Part shown: positions 37,626 to 50,100 of the stretch, one piece after another
Position numbering within the stretch: position 1 is the first letter of the stretch
How the letters are laid out: the number at the start of each line of letters is the position of its first letter
Source of the DNA: Mobula hypostoma
Taxonomy: Eukaryota
Reading direction: 5' to 3'
Length of the DNA: 64,000 nt
Assembly (NCBI RefSeq): GCF_963921235.1
Contig: NC_086109.1
Span: 7,814,001 to 7,878,000 of the forward strand
Made by a program: the position numbers and the translations under genes
The notes under the pieces: generated by a model
What the model was told of the DNA's origin: nothing
Database searches by the model: none
Seen by the model: only the letters and a program-made list of their open reading frames with translations

Positions 37626-38465
37626 ATGCAAGCCAGCATAATTTCAAGGGGATTGGATGGAAGTATAGAAGGGATGTCAGAGCTAAATTCAGCCTACAGA
37701 ACTCTGATCAAGTATATACATTCCCCCCTGTTACTGTGTAGGCTTCCTATGGGTGCTCTCAAATCCACCCCCCCCCCCAAATCGTAAAGATGTGCTTCTA
37801 AGTTTATTGACTGCAGGAAAGTACCTTTTAGTGTGGGTAGATGTCAGGAGTGTCAAGGATGTGAAGGACATATGAGAGAGAATAAAGAAGCAAGTGGCAG
37901 AATGAGACTGATGGAAATGTGCAGAGGGATAGCATAAATTCAGTGGGCTGAATGGCCTTCTGGGTTTCAAAGAAGCTTGGGAGGTGTGTGAAGATTGGTA
38001 GCAATTGCAGCAGAATGACAATCAAGGTTCTGGAGTATCCGAAACCTGGGCTGTTGGCATCGAGGCATAAGTTATGATCCCTGGAGATGGGGAATTTAAA
38101 ATTCATTTAAGAAAATCTGGAGTTTCAATAAGATGTTGATGGTGTCCATAAAATTAGTGGTTTGTTATTTAAACAGAAATGAATGTCCCTCAGAGAAGGA
38201 AATCTCTCCTCCCATTTGGACTACAATGACTCGACAAACTCCAATGAGATGAACCAATTCCTCCCTCACCTCAGGGGTATGTAGGGCCCATTGGCGTTAC
38301 CCACATCCTATGGGTGAAATATAGATAAAACACATTCCTATGTTCTATCTTCTATGTTCCTCTCTCACATTGGTATTTAACCATCTGAAAAATATGATCT
38401 GCATTTCTGTTGGTTGCACTGCCCGACCTTTACATCACAAGCAGAGACGACGGCCTCACCAGCAT

Positions 38466-38826
38466 TATGTGCCGTGTCGGATGACATGGGTGAACATGGT
38501 CTGTCCGTGACCACGATCCTTCTTGTCAAGTTTTGCTACAGAAGTGGTTTGCCATTGCCTTCTTCTGGGGCAGTGTCTTTACAAGATGGGCGACCCCAGC
38601 CATCATCAATACTCTTCAGAGATTGTCTGCCTGGCGTCAGTGGTCGCATAACCAGGACTTGTGATATGTGTCTGCTGCTCGTACGACCATCCCCCACGTG
38701 CTCCCATGGCTCACGTGACCCTGATCGGGGGCTAAGCAGGTGCTACACCTTGCCCAAGGGTAACCTGCAGCCCAGCAGAGGGAAGGAGCATCTTACACCT
38801 CCTCTGGAAGAGATGTCTCCACCCCA
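38466..38826 (-). mobile_element. RTE/BovB-related SINE-like element
   Basis: The minus strand has GAAGGCAATGGCAAACCACTTCT (BovB/Bov-A-like motif). Homologues at 23050-23130 and 56815-57880. Confidence 0.7.
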
Positions 38827-39119
38827 CATCAACATTAACCTCCAGATTGGCTTCCCCTGAATTTAAATTCCCCACATCCTGTGCTCCTAATTTACTCTTC
38901 CAGGCCAGCAAGGAGAAAGAGAGGGTTGAAGACTCAAGTAGCTCCATCAGGGACACAAGCCTCCCCACCATCGAGGACATCTTCAAAACGTGGCGTCTCA
39001 AGTATGTGGCATCCACCACTAAGGACCCTCACCGTCCAGGAAGTGTCCCTTCTCGTTACCCTCGTCAGGGAGGAGGTACACTCGAGAAGCACACAGTGTC
39101 CCATATCTCACTATGCATT

Positions 39120-40310
39120 TCCTGTCCACCTGCCTTTTGAAAGCTGTCATTGGGCCTGCCTCAGCCATGTCTGGCAGCTCATTCCATTTACGTAACACCC
39201 TCTGTAAAACAATGCTGCCCCTAGCTTCCTATAAGATCTCTCTCCTCTCACATTAAACCTATGCCCTCAAGTTCTTGGTTTCCAAACCCTGGGAAAAATA
39301 CTGTGTGCATCCACCCTGCCTATGCCCCCTGCATACACTGAAGAATATACTTTGTTCGGTATAGTTAATGACATAGAACATAGAACAGTACACCACACTA
39401 AAGGCCCTTTGGCCCATGATACTGTGTCAGCCTTTTCACCTGCTCCCAGATTCTAACCCTTTCCTCTTACATATCTCTCCATTTTTCTATCATCCATGGG
39501 ACTAGCTAAGAGTTCCATAAATGTTCCTACTGTATCTGCCTCCAACCCGGCAGTGTGTTCCACATACCCACCACTCTCTGTTTAAAAAACCTGCCTCTGA
39601 TATTCCCCCTATACTTTTCTCCAAACAACTTAAAATTATACCCTCTCATCTTAGCCATTTACACCTTGGAAAAAAAAGATTCTGACAGTCCTAAAAGGTC
39701 TTGGCCTGGAAACATCGACTGTTTATTCCTTTCCATAGATTCGCTCTGGCTATCTATTCAGTTTATGCCTCTTATAATCTTATACACTTCCAACGTCACC
39801 TCATCCTCCTACGCTCCAAAGAGAAAATCCCTAGATCACTGAAACTTTCCTCATTAGATATGCTCTCTAATCCAGGCAGCATCCTGGGAAATCTCCCCTG
39901 CACTCTCTCTGAAGCTTCCACATCCTTCAACAAGAACTGAACTCAGTATTCCAAGGGTGGTCTAACCATGGTTTTATAGACCTGCAACATTACCTCGTGG
40001 CTCTTGATACGTGATGAAGAGGAATAAACAGTTGACATTTCAGGCCAAGATCCTTCATCAAGACTGGAAAGGAAAGGGGAAGAAGCAAAAATAAGAAGGT
40101 GGAGGGAGATTTTTCCCAGGGTTGTGAAATCAAGAACTGGCAGGCATAGGTTTAAGGTGAGAGGGGAGAGATTTAATAGGAACCTGAACAGCATCTTTTT
40201 TATACACCTATGTGGAATGAGGTGCCAGAAGTGGTTGGCACAGGTACACTCAGAACTTTTAAAAGACAGTTGGACAGGTACATGGATTGGAAAGATTTAG
40301 ACGGAAATTG
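39120..40310. mobile_element. Cluster of CR1 3' fragments (minus 39120-39340 and 39370-40010; plus 40110-40310) with PLE family A pieces (39684-39740, 40018-40105)
   Basis: KSHEVMLQVYKTMVRPPLEY; WNEVPEVV...TFKRQLDRYM; hammerhead-like remnants. Confidence 0.7.
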
Positions 40311-41537
40311 GCCAAGCTCTAGCTGTACCTTCTTATTCTGGCTTCTGCTCTCTTCCTTTCCAGTCCTGATAGTGTCTTGGTCCAAAATGTTGACTATTTA
40401 TTCCTCTCCATAGGTGTTACCTGACTTGTTGAGTTCCTCCAGCAATTTTTGTGCATTGCTCAATATTTCCAGCATCTGCAGAACCGATTATTTTTAATTC
40501 CAATAATGTTTGTTTCAATACTGTGAGTTAATTCTGTTATCAACAAGAGAGCCATGTTTTACCCTGCTTTACATTAAGTTCCAGCTATCATATCATTGAT
40601 TGTATGCACTGATTTAATCCACTAATGAAAGCATAATGACTCTTCTGATGAAAGTAATTGTAACATCCTGTTCATGCTAAGAGAAAGAAATCGTATCGTC
40701 TGTGATTAACTGGATTCTGAAGGCTCACACTCAAACATATTTTATTTACTTGTGCACAAAGAGAATGGCATTGCCCCTGTTACCATGCTGTTCTGAAGTT
40801 TGAACAAAGACTTTTATACAAACTTCACTAGTTGGATACAGATACAGACCAATTGCGTATGTTCAAATTTCTTATCTACGAGATCAATCACCAATCATAT
40901 TACAGTAATACAGGTATTAATAGAATCAAAATCAGAATCACTTTATTTCCAGTAGGTGAAACATACCAGTATCGATTGTGGTTTGGTACCAAGCATAAAA
41001 CACAGGACAATACCATAACAGACAACACAATAGCAACCAACAATTTACAAGACAACAGTGCAAACAGCCGAGAGCAATCAACAATTAGCAGAACAGTCAC
41101 ATGCGCAAATGTCAATAATCAAACTTAAATAAATGAACAGCCTCAATAATTGTCAACAGGACAGGGAGAGCAGAAAAGGCCATGTAATGGATGATGCGTG
41201 GGGACAGTCAGGGTATGACACCTGAGTGAGTTTTATTGGGAAGCTGGATAGCTACGGGAAAGAAGCTTCGGAGATGATGGGCAATAGCCAACAGAATCTA
41301 CATGTTAACGACCAATAACATTTGTAAAAACTAACCAACCAATAGTAAGTGTCACGCTAGAATCTTTCGATTACATCCTTATCTTGTCTCGGTATAACAA
41401 GGTCCCTTGCTGTGCAAGGGGAAGCTTTGCTCTTCAAAGACCTTTCCTGCCGAGGCAGACTACACACAATATCTCCACTGTCCTTGCCTAGACATTGTCT
41501 CAACCCTTATGTGGCTGCAACTTCCACAGCTGTTTAA

Positions 41538-41620
41538 GTACACTCAGTGGCCACTTTACTAGTTACCTCCTGTGTCTAATAAAGTGGCCACTAAATTTGT
41601 GGCCTTCTGTTGTTGTAGCC
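41538..41620. mobile_element. Tc1-family end fragment containing a short internal inverted repeat
   Basis: TACACTCAGTGGCCACTTTA...TAAAGTGGCCACT; same TIR as at 47189. Confidence 0.7.
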
Positions 41621-41684
41621 CATAAAATCGAGGAAACTGCTGGGTGGCATGGTTTGAAGGGCAGGAAGGGCCTATTCAAGAAAG

Positions 41685-42220
41685 TCTGAGGATACTGGAA
41701 ATCCAAAGCAACACAAACAAAATGCTGGAGGAACTCAGCAGGTCAGGCAGCGTCAATGGAAAAGAGTAAACAGTTGACATTTTGGGCCAAGACCTATCTT
41801 CAGAACTGAGAATAAGAAGGAAGATGCCAAAATAAAAAGATGGGGGGGGTGGGAGGGGAAAGAGCCTAGCTGAAAGGTGATAGATGGTGGCAGGTGGGTC
41901 ATGGCTGGAGGATGAAGAATCTGATAGGAAAGGAGAGTGGACAATAGGAGAAAGGGAGAGAGGAGGAGACCCAGGGGAAGAAATAGGCAGGTGAGAAGAA
42001 GTAAAAGGTCTGAGTTGGAAATAAAGGAAGGGTTGGGGCAATTTGTTCTCAAGAAGGAGAAATCAATATTCATGCCATCAGGTTGGAGGATACCCTGAAG
42101 GAACATAAGGTGTTGTTCCTCCACCCTTGGGGTGGTCTCATCTTGGCACAAGAGGAGGCCACGGATCGAGAATGGGAACCAGAATTAAAGTGTTTGGCCA
42201 CCAGGAAGTCCCAGTTGTGG
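41685..42220 (-). mobile_element. Penelope-like family A 3' portion
   Basis: VAKHFNSGSHS and CQDETTPRVEEQHLMFLQGILQPDGMNIDFS, followed by a degenerate hammerhead (TTCTGAAGATAGG...CCAAAATGTC). Confidence 0.85.
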
Positions 42221-42444
42221 ATAACGCTAACGAATTTAAAGTTGCTGACCTTCTCCATCTCTGATCTCTCGATGAGGACTTGCTCATGGACCTCCAGTGT
42301 CCTCCTCCTGACATCAATAATCAGCTCCTTGGTCTTGTTGACATTGAGTTAGAGGGTGCTACATGGTTTCTAATATTTTCTATGATTTCAGTGTACAGGA
42401 ACAAGGTGGAAATGTGTTTCTCAGCATCACTTTGCATGCTGCAT

Positions 42445-42845
42445 CTTCCCTGAGGGCTGTCACCTTATTGTGGTGGAGAAGCTTGAGAGTTCCTGAGATC
42501 TTGAGAGCGTTGAAGTCTGGAGTTCAGTCGTCTGGTGCTTAGGTCCTGATAGGGTCACCCTTGGGGAGGTTCCAGACGAAGATCGATCTCAGTGGTGGAT
42601 CTGGCAGAAGATGATGACACATCACAACGGCATGAAGGCAGAGGGAGGCTTCAGGAGTGAAGAGTCCCCATTTGTATTGCACTCCACACCACCAGACCTT
42701 GACCCAGATCTATCAAGGATCATGAGATGATTGCCCATGCATCAACCTCCCCACCTTCAACAAAGTCATTCACAGGCCTTCTCCATTAAGGGAATAACCC
42801 CTCAATAGAACATCATCCTCATCTCAAGTGATCACACTACTACTC
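42445..42845 (+). mobile_element. RTE (Expander/Rex3-like) 5' UTR-derived non-autonomous element
   Basis: TGTCACCTTATTGTGGTGGAG...CCTGATAGGGTCACCC resembles the Expander-type 5' UTR; short (CTA)n tail. Confidence 0.5.
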
Positions 42846-43589
42846 CTATGCTGTTAGAACATTCATCAATTTTTCATGGCAACAGGATCACTTAATTGTC
42901 AACAGCAACAGAACTGTTATTATTGAGAAAGTCCAGATGACAGTAGAGGCTATTAAATGTCTGGTCATAATCTTGTTGAACCCTTCACTCATGTATTCTG
43001 AATCCCTGTAAGTCATGGTTTTACAAGCCAGTGAGTCATCTTCAATCATCCGCAAATCTACGTCAGCAGATGCGAGTTTATTGTGGGTTCATTAAAGAAG
43101 GACCTGTCATCATTATGCTTGCCTGGAACAGTGGCAGAAGTTTAACTCAGCAGGTCAGCAAGGGCAGCGGACCTAGAGAAGGTGCAGAACAGCTCCAGGG
43201 ATATGGGGGTTTCAACAATATGGCTCAGATGGAGAAACCAGACTGGGACAAGGAATGGTGAGAGGATCATTAGTGGAAGTACACAGGAGCACAGCTAGTG
43301 TTGATTAGCACTATTGAAAATGCAGGAGAATGGAAAATAACTTAATCTTAATCAAGACAAGATAGAAGACATGAGCCATTCGGCCCATTGAGTCTGCTTC
43401 ATCATTTGATCATGGCTCGTTTACTCTCCTTTCTCTTGCCTTTTATAGCCTTATGGCCTTGTGGAATTTTGGAAAGCTTTCCTGTTAACAGACAGTTCAA
43501 GTATCATGGGGTGTCCTGGGAGAAGGAGGACATGAGGACAAAGACACAAGGATATATGTATAAGATGTTGATCAACATAACATAAATAT

Positions 43590-44120
43590 AGATTCATTAA
43601 GTCACAGGACACTGCAGCACAGAAACAAGCTCTTTCACCCATCTAGTCCATGCTTAGTCCCATCGACCTGCACGCAGACCATAGCCCTCCAAACCCCACC
43701 TGTCCATATATTTTTCCAAACTTCTCTTTAATGCTGCAATCAAATCCACATCTACCACCTTCACCGGCAGCTCGTTCTACACTCACACCATCATTTAAAT
43801 GAAGAAGTTCCTCCTCAGGTTCCCCTTCAGTATCTCAATTTTCACCCTCAACCTATGACCTTTAGTTTTGGTCTCACCCAGTCTCAGTGGAAAAAGCCTA
43901 CTTATCTATACCCCTCATAATTTTCTATACCTCTATCAAATCTCCCCTCATTCTCCTGTGCTCTAGGGAATAAAGTTCTAACTTATTCAACTTTCTCTGT
44001 AACTCAGCTTCTCAAGTCTTGGCAACGTCCTTGTAGATTTTTTCTGTACTCCTTCAATCTTATTGACATCTTTCCTGAAAGAAGGTAATCAGAATTAGAC
44101 ACAATTTTCAATGGTTAGGC
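43590..44120 (-). mobile_element. CR1 3' fragment
   Basis: The minus strand contains GAGAATGAGGGGAGATTTGATAGAGGTATA (RRxRGDLIEVY region). Confidence 0.75.
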
Positions 44121-44131
44121 AAGTTGAGTGA

Positions 44132-44168
44132 AGTCCTGACGAAGGGTCTCGGCCTGAAACGTCAACTG
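44132..44168 (+). ncRNA. Minimal type I hammerhead ribozyme motif within a 96-bp insertion (44135-44230)
   Basis: AGTC, CTGACGA (44136-44142), AGGGTCTCGGCCT, GAAA (44156-44159), CGTC, AACTG. The palindromic ACGT stem III is retained. Confidence 0.75.
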
Positions 44169-44230
44169 CACCTCTTCCTACAGATGCTGCCTGGCCTGCT
44201 GCGTTCACCAGCAACTTTGATGTGTGTTGC

Positions 44231-44500
44231 TTGAGTGAAGTTGGCCCCCTTTGGTTCAAGAGCCTGTTGCTTGAGGGGGGTAACAACTATTCCTGAACCT
44301 AGTGGTGTAAGTCCTGAGGCTCTTATTCCTTCTTCCTGATGGCAGCAGCAAGCAGAGAGCATGACCTAGGTGGTGGGGATCCCTGATGATGGATGCTGCT
44401 TTCCAGTGACAACGTTCCATGTGGATGTGTTCAATGGAGGGGAGGGCTTTATCTGTGGTGCACTGGCCGTGTCCGTTACTTCTTGTAGGACTTTCTGTAT
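44231..44500 (-). mobile_element. Rex1-like LINE 3' fragment
   Basis: KAASIIRDPHHLGHALCLLLPSGRRNKSLRTYTTRFRNS. Confidence 0.8.
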
Positions 44501-45289
44501 GTTGTCCCACCAGGAACTGGCATAGACTCAATGGAACAAACAGCCTCCTTCTGCGTCTTAGACAAGCTAAAAACATCTCTGAATGAGGACAATTGGAAAT
44601 TTCGAATAGAAATGGGTTCCCACCCCGATTTACTCAAAGAGAAGCATTTTGTTTTACCAATGTAACTTTGTTATTGGACTTGTTGACAAGAAGCTGAATT
44701 TCATCTGCCTTTGTCACATTGATGTAACTATTAAAAATTCTTCCAAACCGTACACTAAAAATTGCACTGGAAGGAAAGCAATTTAACTTGTTTGGGCGAA
44801 CATGACAAGAGGATTGAGCTGGCTAGAGGTGGCTATATCTGGCTGAGGTTCAGTGACAAGATGCAATTATTTATAGACAATCAGTTCAAACATTCTCAGC
44901 AGGCAGCCTGTGATGCTGTGAGGCACTTCACAGACAATGAATTACTTCAGAAATGCTGTTAGTGTTGTAATATGGCAAACACAGCTGACGTTTACTCAAC
45001 AGCAAAGTCCCAAAAACACCCATTAATTGTTTAGTGTTACTGGCTGATGGATCAGTATTGGCCAGGGATGTGGGGAGAACTTCCTTGCTCTGAAATCTTG
45101 GTGATAGCACAGGGGAAAAAAAATTGACAAAGGCAAAGTTACAAGGTGCAACTTGAACAAAGTTTTGTCCATTTCAAAGTTTGAAGTAAATACTTTAATT
45201 ATCAAAGTATATGTCACCATAAACTACCTGGGGATTCATTTTCAAGCAGACATTTACTGAAAAAAAAAGAAATTCAATAGAATTTACAA

Positions 45290-46675
45290 GGTACTGTATG
45301 ATCTCCAGAAAGCCATCTCAAGTGGCAATTCTGTACCATACTTGAATCATCGAAGGATGTTCGATAGCCCTGTCAGGGATTGAATGCTATCATCTCCAAG
45401 CGTCACAGGCAACTACAGGGCTTCGCTTCCAGATGAGCTCAATGTCTTCTATGCTCCTTTGACTATCAAAACATGGAGGAGCCATCACAAATTCCCACAG
45501 CCCCTGATGATCCTATGATTTTGGTCTCTGAAGCAGATGTGTGAGTCGCCTTCAGGAGTCTGATCCCACGGAAAGCGCCCGGCCCAGATGGGGTACAGGG
45601 TACCGAGCCGAGTACTAAACACCTGTGCAGATCGACTGGTTGGAGTGTTTACTGAGATCTTTAACTTCAGCAGTCTGGGGTACTCACCTGCTTCAAGCAG
45701 GACTCAATTATACTGCTGCCCAAGATGAACATGGTGACCTGCTTCTATGCTTTTCGTCCAGTTACACATTTGTCCACAGCGATTAAGTGTTTTGAAAGGT
45801 TGGTGATGAAGCATATCAACTTCTGCCTAAGAAATGACTTGGATCTGCTCCAATTTGCCTGCAGATCCACAGCAGATGCCATCCCATTGGCTCTTCACTC
45901 AACTCTGGAACATCTGAACATGATGTCCTTTATTGACTACAGCTCAGCATTCAATACCATCAGCCCCTTAAAACTAACCAATAAGCTCCTAGACATTTAC
46001 CTCTATACCTCCTTATGCAATTGGATCCTCAATTTACTTACTTGCAGACCCCAGCCAGTTCAGATTGGCAACATCACTTCCATGATCTCCAACAGCACAG
46101 GTGCACCACAAGGCTGTGTGCTTAGCCCCCTGCTCTACTTGCTTTGCACTTATGGCTGTGTGGCTAAGCACAAGTTTGCTGATGAAACCACTGTCATAGG
46201 CCAAAGGTGGTGATGAATCAGCTTATAAGAGGGGGATTGAAAATCTGGCTGAGTGGTGCCATGGCAACAACCTCTTGCTCAATGTCAGCAAGACCGAGGA
46301 GCTGATTGTTGACTTCAGGAGGAGAAAACCTGAGGTCCATGAGACAGTCCTCTTCGGAGGATCAGAATTAGAGAGGATTAGCAAATTTAAATTCCTCTGT
46401 GTTATTATTTCGGAGGACATGTCCTGGGTCTGGCACGTAAGTACAATTATGAAGAAAGCACGGCAGTGCCTCTACTTCTTCAGGAGTTTCCACAGATTCA
46501 GCATGATATCCAAAACTTTGACAAACTTCTGTGGACGTGTACTAACTGGCTGTATCACAGCCTGGTATGGAAACACCAATGTCCTTGAACAGGAAGTCCT
46601 ACAAAAAATAGTGGATAAGGCCCAGTCCATCACAGGTAAAGCCGTCCCCTCTATTGAGCATGTGTACATAAAACT
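45290..46675 (+). mobile_element. Rex1/Babar-like LINE RT region (decayed)
   Basis: KCFERLV...LQFA..RSTADAI...FIDYSSAFNTI...GAPQGCVLSPLLY...KFADETTVIG; LNVSKTEELIVDFRR. Confidence 0.9.
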
Positions 46676-47188
46676 TCTGTGCCTTGAATCACCAAGGCTT
46701 AGAAGTCTCAAAGTTCTAGGAAATGGGATTAGCATGGATGGTCATCAAAGTTCAAAGTTCAAATTTATTATCAGAGCATTTATATTGTATCCATCCTTAA
46801 GATTCATCTTCTTGCGGGTGGCATGTTCAAGTATGGACAAGATGGGCCAAAGGGCATGTTTTTCTGTCTCGTGACTCTATCATTCTAAACAGATCACTGT
46901 TTCATTTCTTTCTCCATCAACCTCTCCACTTGCTAAACTTACATTTCTAATTTTAGTGGCTTACGAAGGTAATTTCTTTATATTGTTTGCAACTGTACCA
47001 CAGTTCTGTGCATCTGTGATTCTATTTTACATCAGAGTGTGGTTAACTGTGATATTGTGCTGTGATTTTGGTTAATTTAGCTCTCGGTACGAAGTTTGGA
47101 AGGATATGACAACATTGATGAAAAAATAGATGTGTATTTCTCTCACATCTTTCACAGTACTGGGTTTTCCTAAAATGTTTCAAACACA

Positions 47189-50100
47189 TACACTCAGTGG
47201 CCACTTTATTAGGTACACCTGTACATTTGCTCATTAATGCAAATATCCAATCAGCCAATCACGTGGCAGCAACTTAATGCATAAAAGCGTGCAGACATGG
47301 TGTATGGCACAGACACAGTAGAAGTATTCCCACGCAAGTCCAGCAAAGAGGTTTAAAAACCCAGTCTCCATAAAAGAATGGTACCATCTAATGGAGCGGT
47401 CATTGTTGGAGTGGTCTGAGTTAGAGTGGTAAGGCTTTGGCTCAACAGGGCTTCGGTGAGAACAGGCGGAGGCAAGTAAATAGGTGAGTTCATTCCTTAT
47501 TTCTTATTTAACTCTTGAGAGAATAGGAGGTTTGTCTACAGATTCAGGGTTCTGTTCTGGGTGTCAGATGTGGGATTTCTGGGAGACTCCCAGCCTCCCC
47601 GATGGCCATATCTGTACCAGGTGCATTGAGCTGCAGCTTGATGACCTTCAGCTTGTTAGGGAAAGTGAAGAGGTGATAGACAGGAGCGACAGGGAGGTAG
47701 TCACCCCAAGCCTACAGGAATTAGAAAAATGGGTGACTGTCAGGAGAGGGAAGGGAAAACATCAGATAGTGGAGAGCAGCCCTGTGGCTGTCCCCCTCAA
47801 CAGCGAGTACTCCATTTTGAGTACTGTTGGTGGTGGGAGTGACAACCTACCTGGGGGAAGCAACAGTGGCCGTGCCTGTGGCCGGGCTCAGAAGGGTAGG
47901 GAACTGAAGAGGAGGGCAGCAATAGTGGAGGACTCTATAGTTAGGGGACAGATAGGTGATTCTGTAGACGCAAAAAAGAAACACAGATAATAATTTGCCT
48001 CCCAAGTGCCAGGGTCCACGATATTTCTGAACGTGTCCACAATATCCTGAAAAGGGAGGGTGAGCAGCGAGAAGTCGTGGTACATACTGGTACCAACGAC
48101 ATAGGTAGAAAAAGGGTGGCGGTCCTGAAAACAGAATGCAGGGAGTTAGGTAGGAAGCTGAGAAGCAGGACCTCAAGGGTAGTAATCTTGGGTTTGCTGC
48201 CTGTGCCATGTGACAGTGAGGATAGGAATAGAATGAGGTGGCAGATAAATGCGTGGTTGAAGAATTGGAGCATGGAACAGGGAGCAGGGATTCAGATTTC
48301 TGGATAATTGGTACGTCTTCTGGGGAAGGTGTGACCCAGAAGGTTGAACTTGAATCCGAGGGGGCACCAATATTCTTGCAGGCAGTTTACTAGAGCTTTT
48401 GGGAGTCATTTAAACTAACACGGCAGGGGCTGGTAACCAGTCTGATAGAGCTCAGGATGAGCCAACAGGTTTATAAGTAGATGACGGGTGTAACATGAGT
48501 GTGAGGAAGGACAAGCCAATGACTGGGCACAAATGCAGACAGAGCAAAGAGTTGAATTGTACCACAGAGGCAAAATTCAAAAGAGTTAAGAATGCAGGAC
48601 TGAAGGTGCTGTATTTAAACATGCATAGTATTTGGAATAAGGTGGACAAACTCATGGCGCAATTACAGATTGGTCAGTATGACGTTGTGGGCATCACTGA
48701 GTCGTGGCTGAGAGAAGGCCATAGTTGGGAGCTTAACATCAAAGGATATACTTTGTATTGAAAGGATAGACAGGAAGGCATAGGCAGTGGTGTGTCTCTA
48801 TTGGTAAGAGATGGAGTTACATCTTTAGAAAGAGGTGATATAGGGTCAGAGTATGTTGAATCTTTGTGGGTGGAGTTAAGAAACTACAAGGGTGAAGGAA
48901 ACATTATGGGAATCATATATAGGCCTCCAAATAGTAGCCAAGTTGTGGGGTTGAGATTGCAAAGGGAGCTGGAAAAGGCATGCAATAAGCTTAGTGTCAC
49001 AATTGTTATGGGGGACTTCAATATGCAAGTGGATTGGAAAAATCAGGTTGGTGTCAGATCGCAGGAAGGGAACTTGTTGAATGCCTATGAAATGGCTTCT
49101 TAAAGCAGCTTATGCTTGAGACTACTCAGGGAAAGGCCATCTTAGATTGGGTGTTGTGTAATAACCCTAATCTCATTAGGAAGTTTAACGTAAAGGAACC
49201 CTTAGGGGGCAGTGATCATAATATGATTGAATTTATACTGCAATTTGAAAAGGAGAAGCAGAAGTCATATGTATCAGTATTGTAATAGAATAAAGAGAAT
49301 TACAGATGAATGAGAGAGGAGCTTGCCCAGGTGGATTGGAGGGTGATACTGGCGGGGATGATGGCAGAGCAGAAATAACTGAAGTTTCAGGCTGAAGATG
49401 GCAGGATAGATATGTCTCACAGAAGAAGAAGTTTTCAAATGGCAAGGGTTGTGAACCGTAGCTGGCAAGGGAAGTTAAGAACTGCATAAAAGCCAAGGAA
49501 AATGCATATAAGGCAGCAAAAGTGAGTGGGAAGTTGGATGATTGGGAAGTTTTTAAAATCCAACAAAAGGCAACTAAAAAAGCTATAAGAAGGGCAAAGG
49601 TGAAATATGAGGGCAAACTAACCAATAATATAAAGCAGGATACTAAATTTTTTCAGTTATATAAAGAGTAAATAGAAGGTGAGAGTTGGTATTGGACCAC
49701 GGGAAAATAATGAGGGACAAAGAAATGGCAGATGAATTTAATGAATACTTTGCTTCAGTCTTTACAGTGGAAGGCACTAGCTGTGTGCCAGAGATCCGTG
49801 AGTGTCAGGGAGCAGGAGTGAGTGCCATTGCTATTACAAAGGAAAAAGTGCTACGCAAACTGAAAGGTCTAAGGTGGATAAGTCACCTGGACCAGATGGA
49901 CTACATCACAGAGTCCTGAGAGACATTGCTGAAGGGACAGCAGATGCATTGGTCATGATCTTTCAAGCATCACTTGATTCTGGCATGACCCCGGAGGACT
50001 GGGAGATTGCAAATGTCTCTCCACTCTTTAAGAAGGGAGAAAGGCGAAAGAGAGGAAATTATAGGCCAGTTAGACTAACCTCAGTCGTTGGGAAAATGTT

